DNA of 64,000 nt from Candidatus Latescibacterota bacterium (GTDB taxonomy: Bacteria > Latescibacterota > UBA2968 > UBA8231): NCBI GenBank assembly GCA_965197905.1, contig CBDAOB010000004.1:864001-928000 (forward strand). Direction: 5' to 3'. The notes below the pieces were generated by a model. The model was given only the letters and a program-made list of their open reading frames with translations. It made no database searches and was not told where the DNA came from. The position numbers were made by a program, and so were the translations under genes. Shown one piece after another: positions 52,975-62,341 of the stretch. How positions within the stretch are numbered: the first letter of the stretch is position 1; each line of letters begins with the position of its first letter.

Positions 52975-55266
52975 GTGCAGACTGTACCTATGGCCTTTAA
53001 CAGACTGTTGGTTTGGTTCATGGTGGCCCTCTCGGCGGGGGCCGGACCCACCACCGCCCAGCACTCGGTGGCGCGGCAGTGGAACGAAGCCCTGCTGGCG
53101 GCGATCCGCACCGATTTCGCCCGCCCCACGGTCCACGCCCGCAATCTCTTCCACATGAGCATAGCCTTGTACGACGCCTGGGCCGCGTACGGCGACGGCC
53201 CCGAACGGACGTATCTACTGGGCCGGACCGTGGACGGCTTCACCGCCCCTTTTGCCGGGGTCCCCCGCCCCGACGACATCGAGGCCGCCCGCCATCGGTC
53301 CATGAGCTACGCCGCCTACCGCCTCATGGAGCACCGCTTCGCCAACTCGCCGGGCTTGGGGCCCACCTTGACGCGCATCGACGGGCTCATGGACGCGTTG
53401 GGCTTCGACCTCAATTTCACCAGCACCGACTACGGCGGCGGCGAGCCGGCGGCCCTGGGCAATTATATCGCCCAGCAACTCATCGAATTCGGCCTCCAGG
53501 ACGGCTCCAACGAACAGCTAGGGTACCACAATCTGTTCTACACCCCCGTCAATCCACCCCTGCGACCGGACGAGCCGGGTAATCCCGATATCATCGACCC
53601 CAATTTCTGGCAGCCCCTCAGCCTGGAGGAATTTATCGACCAGTCGGGCCGGGCCCAGCCCGGCGACGCGATCCCCTTCCTCAGCCCCGAGTGGGGCGGG
53701 GTGACCCCCTTCGCCCTGACGGAGGACGACCTCACCCTGTACCGGCGCGAGGACAACGACTACTACGTGTACCACGACCCTGGGCCGCCGCCCCATATCG
53801 ACACCCAGCGCCCCGCCGCTGCCGCCACCCGCCAGCGCTCGGGCTTGGCACTGGCCTCGGCCGAATACCAGTGGGGTTTTGCCCTGGTGGCCGTCTGGTC
53901 GTCCCACCTCGACCCGGCCGACGGCGTCCTGTGGGACATTTCGCCCGGCACCATCGGCAATATCCCCGAATTGCCCACCACGCTCGAGGAATACCGCCAG
54001 TTCTACGACCTGCTCGAGGGCGGCGACCCCAGCCTGGGGCATCCGCTTAACCCCCACACCGGCGAGCCCTACGAGCCGCAGCTGGTGCCGCGGGCTGACT
54101 ACGCCCGCGTACTGGCCGAATTCTGGGCCGACGGCCCCGATTCGGAAACCCCGCCGGGCCACTGGTTCACCATTCTCAACTACGTCGACGACCACCCCCT
54201 CTTCGAAAAGCGTTTCAAGGGCGCCGGCCCCATCCTGGACGATCTCGAATGGGACGTCAAGGCGTACTTCGCCCTGGGAGGAGCGGTGCACGACGCCGCT
54301 ATCTCGGCCTGGGGCATCAAGGGCTGGTACGATTACGTCCGCCCCATTTCGGCCATCCGCTGGATGGCCGACACCGGCCAGAGCAGCGACCCTGGCCGAC
54401 CGCGCTTCCACCCGGCCGGCATCCCGCTCATCGACGGTAGTATCGAGCTGGTCGAGGCGGGCGACCCGCTGGCCGGCAACGACGGCGAGCACGTCAACAA
54501 AATCAAACTCAAGGCCTGGCGCGGCCCCACCTATATCACCAACCCCGACACAGATATAGCCCGCGTCGGCTGGATCCTGGCCGAAAACTGGTGGCCGTAC
54601 CAGCGCCCCACCTTCGTCACCCCGCCCTTTGCCGGCTATATCTCGGGCCACTCGACGTTTTCGCGCGCCGCCGCCGAGGTCATGACCCTGCTCACCGGCG
54701 ATCCCTTCTTCCCCGGCGGGATGGGCGAATTCCATGCCCTGCGCAACGAATTCCTTGTCTTTGAGGAAGGCCCCTCGGTCGACTTGGTGCTGCAGTGGGC
54801 CACATACCGCGACGCCTCAGACCAGACCAGTCTCTCGCGCATCTGGGGCGGCATCCACCCGCCGGCCGACGACATTCCCGGCCGCTTGATCGGCCTGCGC
54901 ATCGGCCGCGACGCCTTCGCCCTGGCCGAGGAACACTTCGTCCCGCCGCAGACGGCGGTGGCGGAGGAAAAGGTCGATGAGGTGCCAGCAGATTTCGTCC
55001 TGAGGCAGAACTGGCCCAATCCGTTCAACGCCGGCACGGCCATCTCCTTTGCGCTACCCGCCCATGATGCCGTGGACCTGGCGGTGTACAATATCTCGGG
55101 CCAGCGCGTGGTCGCGCTGGTGCGGGGGGAGCGCCCGGCCGGGCGCCATCGGGTGGCTTGGGACGGCCGCGACGACTTTGGCGCCGCACTGGCCAGCGGC
55201 GCCTATCTGTACCGCCTGCGGGCAGGCGACTGGGTACACACGCGCAAATTGCTGCTGCTGCGCTAG
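52975..55266 (+). CDS. Vanadium-dependent haloperoxidase family protein with a C-terminal FlgD-Ig domain
   Basis: KGWYDYVRP, PPFAGYISGHS, SRIWGGIH; NWPNPFN...WDGRDD...LASGAY. Confidence 0.85.
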   Translation: MQTVPMAFNRLLVWFMVALSAGAGPTTAQHSVARQWNEALLAAIRTDFARPTVHARNLFHMSIALYDAWAAYGDGPERTYLLGRTVDGFTAPFAGVPRPDDIEAARHRSMSYAAYRLMEHRFANSPGLGPTLTRIDGLMDALGFDLNFTSTDYGGGEPAALGNYIAQQLIEFGLQDGSNEQLGYHNLFYTPVNPPLRPDEPGNPDIIDPNFWQPLSLEEFIDQSGRAQPGDAIPFLSPEWGGVTPFALTEDDLTLYRREDNDYYVYHDPGPPPHIDTQRPAAAATRQRSGLALASAEYQWGFALVAVWSSHLDPADGVLWDISPGTIGNIPELPTTLEEYRQFYDLLEGGDPSLGHPLNPHTGEPYEPQLVPRADYARVLAEFWADGPDSETPPGHWFTILNYVDDHPLFEKRFKGAGPILDDLEWDVKAYFALGGAVHDAAISAWGIKGWYDYVRPISAIRWMADTGQSSDPGRPRFHPAGIPLIDGSIELVEAGDPLAGNDGEHVNKIKLKAWRGPTYITNPDTDIARVGWILAENWWPYQRPTFVTPPFAGYISGHSTFSRAAAEVMTLLTGDPFFPGGMGEFHALRNEFLVFEEGPSVDLVLQWATYRDASDQTSLSRIWGGIHPPADDIPGRLIGLRIGRDAFALAEEHFVPPQTAVAEEKVDEVPADFVLRQNWPNPFNAGTAISFALPAHDAVDLAVYNISGQRVVALVRGERPAGRHRVAWDGRDDFGAALASGAYLYRLRAGDWVHTRKLLLLR

Positions 55267-55461
55267 CCAGGACGGATACTTCGCCGCTCAGGGCTAGCCG
55301 GCCCTTGTCTCTGAGCACGGCTTCGGGGGTGGGATGCCAGCGCTTGCCGCCGGCGAGCACAATCGGTCGGGGTCCGGAAACTGCGCCGGGTCCCGGTTGG
55401 CCGCGCCCAGCATTATGAAATCATTCGGTTCGGGCACACGCCGGTGGGTTCAGCGCTGCTC

Positions 55462-56262
55462 CTACCACACCGTCCATCCGCCATCAACAACCAGATTATG
55501 ACCTGTCACATACGCTGAGAGATCACTGGCCAGGTATGCAACAGCTCCTTTGAAATCCTCCTCGGTGGCCATGCGACGCAGTGGCGTACGTGCCTTGTAG
55601 CGTTCGTGGAAGACGTCCAGTTGGTTGCGCCACACACCACCCGGCGATATGGCATTGACGCGCACGTCTGGTGCCATCTCGGTCGCCAGCCAGCGGGTCA
55701 ACTGTAGCAATCCGCCTTTGCCGGCCGCGTAGGCAGCCGGAAGGCTATCAGGGGTGTCTTCATACATGGGTACATGAGGTCCTACTATCCCATAGATCGA
55801 GCCGATGTTTATCACGGAGCCGCGTCCCGATTCTGCCAAGGCCTCAGCACATGCCTGCACCAGCACAAATGGCGCCGTCAGGTTCACTTCTAAGGCCAGC
55901 CTCCAGGGTTCAGACCGTTGCTCCAGAAACGGGGCGGCCCATCCCTTCAAGCCTGATCCCACCAGCGCAGCGCAGTTGACCAGGATGTTCAACCGTCCGA
56001 AACGGTCGAGAACCTTCTCGGGTACCGACCGCACTGCCTGCTCATCCGCCAGATCGATGACCAGTGGCAGGGTCTCGACGCCGAAGTTTTGGTGAATCTG
56101 CTTGGCCACGGCGGTACAAGATTCGTGTGCCGTGTCTAGCACGACGATGGCAGCGCCCAACTCGGCCAGCGCCTCGCATATCGCAACCCCGATATGTCCT
56201 CCGCCACCGGTAATCAGGGCTACACCCCCTTGCAGATTCATCAGCTCCTGCAGTGATTTCAT
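55462..56262 (-). CDS. SDR oxidoreductase
   Basis: TGGGGHIG, YAAGK, VDGGW. Confidence 0.9.
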   Translation of the reverse strand: MKSLQELMNLQGGVALITGGGGHIGVAICEALAELGAAIVVLDTAHESCTAVAKQIHQNFGVETLPLVIDLADEQAVRSVPEKVLDRFGRLNILVNCAALVGSGLKGWAAPFLEQRSEPWRLALEVNLTAPFVLVQACAEALAESGRGSVINIGSIYGIVGPHVPMYEDTPDSLPAAYAAGKGGLLQLTRWLATEMAPDVRVNAISPGGVWRNQLDVFHERYKARTPLRRMATEEDFKGAVAYLASDLSAYVTGHNLVVDGGWTVW

Positions 56263-56334
56263 CCTACGCCCGACATCGCATAGAGGCCAATTGTAGTTCC
56301 ATTTTCTTTCACTTCACGGCGTAGTCGAGGCATT

Positions 56335-57024
56335 TCAGTGTCCCATGCGCTTGAGCCCTGCATCCATGGTGAAGTCCGGACTCTTCATGAAATCAAACGC
56401 CTCACGCTCGAGCTCTCGTATCTTCTCCACCTCGGCCGGCAGCTCGTGGGCGATCTCCAGCGGAACCGTGATCACGCCATTCACGTCGCCATGAATCAGA
56501 TCGCCGGTCTCGACGTACATGCCGTCGACGACCACCGGCATGCCCCAGGTCACTCGACGTGGGTTGCCGTGCGAGGCGGTGGTGCCCAACGCGAAACACT
56601 GCATGCCCAGCGCTTTGACCTCGTTCACATCGCGGATAGCGCCGTCGGCCACCATTCCCACCGCCCCTAGTTGCTGCATGAGGGTTGCCATATACTCACC
56701 AAACGGCGCGGCGTCCCCATGTCGTGGCCCGATATCCTGCTGGACCAGCACGACCGGCTTGGGCGAGGCATCAACCAGCTCTGCGAATTGCCTGAGTCCG
56801 CGGCCGACGCTCGGTGGACCGGGGCTGGTTGGGTCCGTCTGCGAGGTAACAGCGTAGCCGACCATGACGCCCAGCTCAGGGAACATGCAGCGCATACGGT
56901 GGCCGGTGAAACCAGTGACAAGCTCTCGTACCTTAAATGCCTCGACGGCATTCGACAGAGTAGGGGTATCGATACCGCGCAGCGTCTCGATGAGCTCGGG
57001 TGAAAGGGTCTTTTTCGTTGTCAT
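56335..57024 (-). CDS. RraA / HMG-aldolase family protein, paralogue 2
   Basis: MVGYAVT, DGAIRD, GDLIHGDVNG. Confidence 0.85.
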   Translation of the reverse strand: MTTKKTLSPELIETLRGIDTPTLSNAVEAFKVRELVTGFTGHRMRCMFPELGVMVGYAVTSQTDPTSPGPPSVGRGLRQFAELVDASPKPVVLVQQDIGPRHGDAAPFGEYMATLMQQLGAVGMVADGAIRDVNEVKALGMQCFALGTTASHGNPRRVTWGMPVVVDGMYVETGDLIHGDVNGVITVPLEIAHELPAEVEKIRELEREAFDFMKSPDFTMDAGLKRMGH

Positions 57025-57029
57025 GTTAA

Positions 57030-57920
57030 TCACACCTCCTGATAAGTCCTCTTTTGCACCGCGACCACCTGCTCCAGTTGGTTCAGATAGTTCACGGAAC
57101 TCTCGAGAAGCGTTTCACGCAGCAGCTCCACGTTGAGCCTGGATGGTACAAACCCGATGGACAAGAAGCCCTGGTACCCAATTTCATCAAGCGTCCTGAT
57201 GACCTCTATGAAATCAATATGCCCGGTGCCAGGCGCCTCGCGATTGCTGTCCGACACGTGCACGTTCATCAGCTTACTGCCCGCCATCCTGAGAGCGCCG
57301 CAGATGGAGCTGTCTTCGATGTTTGCATGAAAGAAGTCTACCAAAACGCCCAAGGCGCTGGCATCGATCTCTCCAATGACGCTCATGGTGTCAGCGACGC
57401 TGTTCAAGAATCCTGGATGGCCCTCATACCGGTTGATGGGCTCGATGGCAATGGCGACGTTGTGAGCCGCGGCATATTCACACATCTCGCTGGCAGATTT
57501 GATAAAGTTCTGTCTGATGATCTCGAGCGGCACACTGGAGCGCGGATAGTCAGGGCGTAAGGGAGCCGCGCAGACCTCGAAGATCGGTGAGCCCAGGTTC
57601 GCCGCCAGGTCGATGCACTTTTGGGCGTAATCTAAGGCGTGTCTTCTCACCGCATCGTCGCTCGACGCCAGGTCTCTCTCTTCTCCGGCGTCCCAGCCGC
57701 CCCAAGACCCACCGAGCGTTGGTAGCTCCAGGCCGAGCGCGGCCGCAATGCTCGCTATTTTCCTGGCCAATGTCGGATCGATCCTGTCCGGCTGGCCCTT
57801 GAGTTCGATACCGTTGTACCCCGCCTGCGCAATCATCTCAAGCACCTCGCGCGGATTTTCCACGGCATCGAACCCAGCCACTGCTAACGCACTGGCCTTC
57901 ACCGAGTATTTCAAAGCCAT
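57030..57920 (-). CDS. Sugar phosphate isomerase/epimerase, paralogue of 20617-21495
   Basis: MALKYS start, EPINRYE, DFFHANIE, HVSDSNR. Confidence 0.9.
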   Translation of the reverse strand: MALKYSVKASALAVAGFDAVENPREVLEMIAQAGYNGIELKGQPDRIDPTLARKIASIAAALGLELPTLGGSWGGWDAGEERDLASSDDAVRRHALDYAQKCIDLAANLGSPIFEVCAAPLRPDYPRSSVPLEIIRQNFIKSASEMCEYAAAHNVAIAIEPINRYEGHPGFLNSVADTMSVIGEIDASALGVLVDFFHANIEDSSICGALRMAGSKLMNVHVSDSNREAPGTGHIDFIEVIRTLDEIGYQGFLSIGFVPSRLNVELLRETLLESSVNYLNQLEQVVAVQKRTYQEV

Positions 57921-58063
57921 TGCTGTTCCTCCCTTAGCGAAATCCTATAGCGGCTATCAGGACAGGCTGTTGCACACAGCGCGTCGGCTCGGCCATCACG
58001 TCGTCCGTCAACGGAGAAGCCGTCGCCAAGTTTCGAATCGTCGAGACGAATGATGGCAGCAAA

Positions 58064-58090
58064 GTATAGGACAAATAAAGACCGTTATCG
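58064..58090 (-). repeat. 27-bp oriIS-like motif, copy C
   Basis: CGATAACGGTCTTTATTTGTCCTATAC. Confidence 0.7.
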
Positions 58091-58111
58091 TTAGTGACGC
58101 CGAGGGTCCGT

Positions 58112-58172
58112 GCGCCATCGGGTGGCTTGGGACGACCGCGACGAGCTTGGTGCCGAATTGGCCAGCGGCGCC
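58112..58172 (+). repeat. FlgD-domain gene fragment
   Basis: 55/61 identical to 55143-55203. Confidence 0.9.
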
Positions 58173-58198
58173 GATAATGCCATTTATTTGCCCTGTCC
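58172..58198 (+). repeat. 27-bp oriIS-like motif, copy D
   Basis: CGATAATGCCATTTATTTGCCCTGTCC; 25/27 to copy B. Confidence 0.7.
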
Positions 58199-58322
58199 TT
58201 CGCTGGAGTTGGTAATTATATCCTGATTGTCAATAGGCCCAGAGAACATCCACTATAACCCCTACCTCCGGAATATTGGCCGATTTTAATTTTCTTAGCT
58301 TTTCAGACTGTTTTTCGATGTC

Positions 58323-58349
58323 CAAAAGCCCCTTTATAAATTCCTATAC
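58323..58349 (+). mobile_element. IS91/ISCR oriIS-like end
   Basis: AAAAGCCCCTTTATAAATTCCTATAC resembles the TT..AATTCCTAT(A/C)C terminus recalled for IS91/ISCR. Confidence 0.55.
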
Positions 58350-58377
58350 ATAGACCCAAGCTCTGGCACAATTCTAA

Positions 58378-59367
58378 ATGAAAGAGGTGTTGCTGATGAA
58401 AATACTCTTTATTCCTTTGCCAGAACTATTCAAACAGCCCTGGTACGATGGCTTTGTCGCGGCGATTGACGGACGCTATCCTATTCGGCTTTGCGACCCC
58501 GCTAAACCATTGGCCGATCAATTTCAGGGTATCGACGTTGTGGTTGAGTTGGGGGGCGCAACTCGAAATATGATTGATGCCGGTCTAGCAGCGGGCGTAA
58601 AACTGTGGCAAATTTACCGTACCGGCCTGGATGAAGTAGATGTGGCCTATTTCTTAGAGCAGGGTCTGCCCCTGACCCATACGCCCGGCCATTTTAGCGC
58701 CGTCGCCTTGGCCGAGCAAGCACTTTTTTTGATGCTCTGCCTGGCCAAGAACTTTAAAGCCAGCCAGCAGAGCGTGCGCTCGCGGGTACTTTGTGCCCCA
58801 ACCACCGACGAGTTGGCCGGGAAGAGCTTAGGCCTGATTGGACTGGGCGCGAGTGGCCGCGAACTGGCCAAGCGGGCTTGGGCGATGGGTATGCGGACCA
58901 TGGCCATAGATATAGCCGATGTCCCGCAAGCGACACGTGACGAATTGCATATTGCATTCTTTGGCGACCCGTCGCAATTGGACAAGGTGTTGGTCGAGGC
59001 AGATTACCTGTCGATCCACACACCGCTTACATCGCGGACCCGACATATGATTGACCGGCGCGTCTTGGAACTGATGAAACCAACGGCCGTGTTGATCAAC
59101 GTTGCCCGCGGCGGGATTGTGGATGCGGATGCTCTCTTCGAGGCGCTACAGATCGGGCAGATTTGTGGCGCCGGATTAGATGTGTTCGCCCAAGAACCGA
59201 TAGACCCAGCCCATCCCTTATTGCAGATGGAGAATGTGATTATCACGCCGCACGCGGCCGGGGTGACCACAGAAACCGCGCTACGACGTGGCCAGGCGTT
59301 TGCCGAGAACGTGGACCGCGTCGCCCAAGGCCTGTCGCCACTATACCAGGTCATGTCTGTTGAATAA
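58378..59367 (+). CDS. D-isomer-specific 2-hydroxyacid dehydrogenase
   Basis: GLIGLGASG, LINVARG, GAGLDVF.QEP, TPHAAG. Confidence 0.9.
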   Translation: MKEVLLMKILFIPLPELFKQPWYDGFVAAIDGRYPIRLCDPAKPLADQFQGIDVVVELGGATRNMIDAGLAAGVKLWQIYRTGLDEVDVAYFLEQGLPLTHTPGHFSAVALAEQALFLMLCLAKNFKASQQSVRSRVLCAPTTDELAGKSLGLIGLGASGRELAKRAWAMGMRTMAIDIADVPQATRDELHIAFFGDPSQLDKVLVEADYLSIHTPLTSRTRHMIDRRVLELMKPTAVLINVARGGIVDADALFEALQIGQICGAGLDVFAQEPIDPAHPLLQMENVIITPHAAGVTTETALRRGQAFAENVDRVAQGLSPLYQVMSVE

Positions 59368-59434
59368 GCCGTACGATCTCCGCAAGATTGCTCTAGCTGA
59401 GAGAAAACGCTGAACCGCCAGGTGGGAAAGCATA

Positions 59435-60679
59435 ATGTCAACGATCGAAAGTGGCGCGTTGGACGAGCAGTTATCGACACCCGAATTCCTGAACGACCCG
59501 TACCCTTTATACCACCGACTGCGTAACGTGGATCCGGTGCATTGGAGCGACGCCTGGGACTGCTGGCTGCTCACACGTTACGACGACGTGAATGCGGCGC
59601 TGCACGACTCGAAGCAATTTTCCAGTGTGGGGACGATCGAGCGTTTTCTTCAGCAACTTCCGGCCGATGCACTGGCAGAACTGCAGCCGTTATACAAACA
59701 CTTCACCTCCGGCATGGTGCGCCTCGACCCGCCTGAGCACACGCGGATTCGCAGTCTGACCAACAAGGCGTTTACGCCCCGCGTCGTCGGATCGCTCAGG
59801 ACGCAGATTCAACGCATCGTCGACGAATTGATCGATGCCTTTCAGGCACGCGGGCAGTGTAATCTGATCTCCGAGTTTGCCTATCCGCTGCCGGCGCAAG
59901 TGTTCGCGGGCCTGATCGGATTCCCGTTGGAAGATTGTGACCGGTTCAAGGTGTGGTCGGTCGAAATTGCCGCGTTTCATGGCACCGGCAGGGCGGACCC
60001 CGCCGTGGCGAAGCAAAGCCAAAGCGCATTGCTGGAAGCCCGACAATGGTTGAGCGAACTGGCGGACGACCGGCGCAGCCAGCCACGGGACGACCTGCTA
60101 ACACGCTTTGTCCAGGCCGAAGAGGAAGGCGACCGTCTGAGCGAGGCCGAAATGTTTTCGACATGTGTGACCTTCATGATCGGTGGGCACGAAACGACAA
60201 CCAATCTCATCGGCAACGGAATGCTGGCCTTGCTGCAGAATCCCGATCAATGGTCCTTGATACGGCAGAATTCGAATCGGATCGAATCGACGGTCGAGGA
60301 GATGTTGCGCTATGACGCACCAACCCAACGAGCCCACCGCATCGCGGTAACGGATATTTCGCTGCGGGGAAAAACGATTCGCCAGGGTGAACTCATTCAG
60401 GCAGTCCTGGGGGCCGCCAATCGTGACCCCGAGCAGTTTCCGGAGCCCGACCGGTTCGACATCACGCGACAGAACAACAAGCACCTCTCGTTTGGAGCCG
60501 GTCCGCACTACTGTGTCGGCGCACCCCTTTCACGGCTGGAAGCTCAGATCGCGATTCCCACGCTCATTCACCGTCTTCCCAACCTCAGGCTGGCGTCCGA
60601 CGAAGTCCCAGAACTTTCCTCCAATAACTTTTTTCGAGGGCGCACCAAGCTACCGTTGGAATTTGATATGGCGCCATGA
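59435..60679 (+). CDS. Cytochrome P450
   Basis: GGHETT, EEMLR, FGAGPHYCVG. Confidence 0.95.
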   Translation: MSTIESGALDEQLSTPEFLNDPYPLYHRLRNVDPVHWSDAWDCWLLTRYDDVNAALHDSKQFSSVGTIERFLQQLPADALAELQPLYKHFTSGMVRLDPPEHTRIRSLTNKAFTPRVVGSLRTQIQRIVDELIDAFQARGQCNLISEFAYPLPAQVFAGLIGFPLEDCDRFKVWSVEIAAFHGTGRADPAVAKQSQSALLEARQWLSELADDRRSQPRDDLLTRFVQAEEEGDRLSEAEMFSTCVTFMIGGHETTTNLIGNGMLALLQNPDQWSLIRQNSNRIESTVEEMLRYDAPTQRAHRIAVTDISLRGKTIRQGELIQAVLGAANRDPEQFPEPDRFDITRQNNKHLSFGAGPHYCVGAPLSRLEAQIAIPTLIHRLPNLRLASDEVPELSSNNFFRGRTKLPLEFDMAP

Positions 60680-61013
60680 CAAGCAAAATGAAGGACGCGT
60701 CTCCTGACCGGTGAGACCCATCAGACACGTCGGACATGTCCGACCCGTCCGACAAAATGCGCGTCCGGCGTCGCCTGGTCGATCCGCAGCAGGGCGTCCG
60801 CGCCGGTCCTCTGTGCTTCGCCGCCCGCTATACTTACGCGGACTTGAGTTCGACGGATGCCGTCGTGCGCCGATGCAGAACGCGATCGACGCAGTACGCA
60901 TTCGGATACGATGCGATACGCCTCGGTTATGCGCCGCTATCAAGGCGTGCCAGGTTGTAGCGGTAGGTCTGCGGGCTGGTAACGTCGCGCGGGCGCAAGA
61001 ATTTTCGGCCGGC

Positions 61014-62207
61014 TTAGCGCTCGCTCTTCTGCAGTACCGAAGCGATCTCGCGGGCGAAACCGAGGAGCAGCTCGTCCGCGCCGGGAGCCCCGATTAGCGA
61101 GAGTCCGACGGGAAGCCCATCGAGCGCGGCCAGCGGCAGGCTGATCTGCGGCGCTCCGATGGTACCGGCGATGCAGGTAAGAGCGAGGATGCGCGCTCTG
61201 TTGGCGTACCGCTCAGGTACAGAGAGGCCGACGGGAGGGGCCGGCATCGGAGTGGTTGGCAAGCAAACGACAGCGCCGTCTTCGAGCACCTCTGCCATCC
61301 GGTGTACGATTGCTTCGCGCTCGGTCTGGGCTTGCTCGACGTCGGCCTCGGAGATGGCCATGGCGTCGGTGAAACGCCGGGCGACCTCGAAACCGAAGCG
61401 CGGATCCACCCGCTCGATCCACTCCTGCGCAGACGCCAGGGACTGTCGTAGGGCAAGTATCGATTGCTGCCGCACCCACGCACCGAGACCCGCGTCGGAC
61501 AGTTGCAACCCCTTCGTATCCGCAGCCATGGTCGCCACCTTCTCCGCCACGGGCAGCAACGCGGCAGCCACCTCTGCGTCGGCGGTCTCGAACGCATCCT
61601 CCGCGATCAAAACTTGGGCGGGACGGGCTATTGTTACCCGGCTTTGCAGCAGAATCTCGCCGACCCGTGCGAGCACCGCGGCGTCGCGTGCGAACCAGCC
61701 CACTGTGTCGTAGTCGGGGGCGCTCTGCAACATGCCATCTATCGGAATGCGCCCATGGGTGGGACGCATGCCGAATATCCCGCAAAAGCTGGCTGGTATG
61801 CGCACCGAGCCGCCGGTATCCGAGCCCAGAGCGAAGTCTACCATCTCGCCGGCTACCGCGGCTGCCGAACCACTGGAGGAGCCCCCCGGAACCCGCCCGG
61901 GAGCTGCCGGGTTCACAGGAGTGCCGTAGTGGGCATTCTCCCCGAAAAGTCCCCTAGTCAGTTCGTCGGTGTGGGTCTTCCCCACCATGGTCGCGCCGGC
62001 GTCGACCAGCACCTGAACCGCCCACGATGTTGTCACTGCTTTCCCGTGGGTCGCCTTCCAGTCCGGATTGCCGCCCCCAGTGACTTCCCCGGCCACGTCG
62101 TAGATGTCCTTCGCAGCGAAACTGAGACCAGACAACGGCCCATCCTTCGCACCCGGGAGGTATGCTTGACTATCCTTGCAGAACGCGTTCAGACGGTCGT
62201 CCATCAC
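61014..62207 (-). CDS. Amidase signature family protein
   Basis: AKD, GGSSSGS, GSDTGGSVR. Confidence 0.95.
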   Translation of the reverse strand: MMDDRLNAFCKDSQAYLPGAKDGPLSGLSFAAKDIYDVAGEVTGGGNPDWKATHGKAVTTSWAVQVLVDAGATMVGKTHTDELTRGLFGENAHYGTPVNPAAPGRVPGGSSSGSAAAVAGEMVDFALGSDTGGSVRIPASFCGIFGMRPTHGRIPIDGMLQSAPDYDTVGWFARDAAVLARVGEILLQSRVTIARPAQVLIAEDAFETADAEVAAALLPVAEKVATMAADTKGLQLSDAGLGAWVRQQSILALRQSLASAQEWIERVDPRFGFEVARRFTDAMAISEADVEQAQTEREAIVHRMAEVLEDGAVVCLPTTPMPAPPVGLSVPERYANRARILALTCIAGTIGAPQISLPLAALDGLPVGLSLIGAPGADELLLGFAREIASVLQKSER

Positions 62208-62341
62208 GGTTCATTCCAATGTCTATAACCACCCGACCTTGCCGCAAGCAATTGTCGTGGTGTTTATTTCTTTCTTTTGGAAAGAGGGCCACTTCGTCGC
62301 GACCCTGAAATGTCTTGACTCACAGCTAAAAGGTCCAGTCG

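Noticed and set aside
60710..60765. Short GTCCGAC/GTCGGAC repeats as CRISPR or REP
   Set aside because: Units are too short and irregular, with no spacers or cas genes
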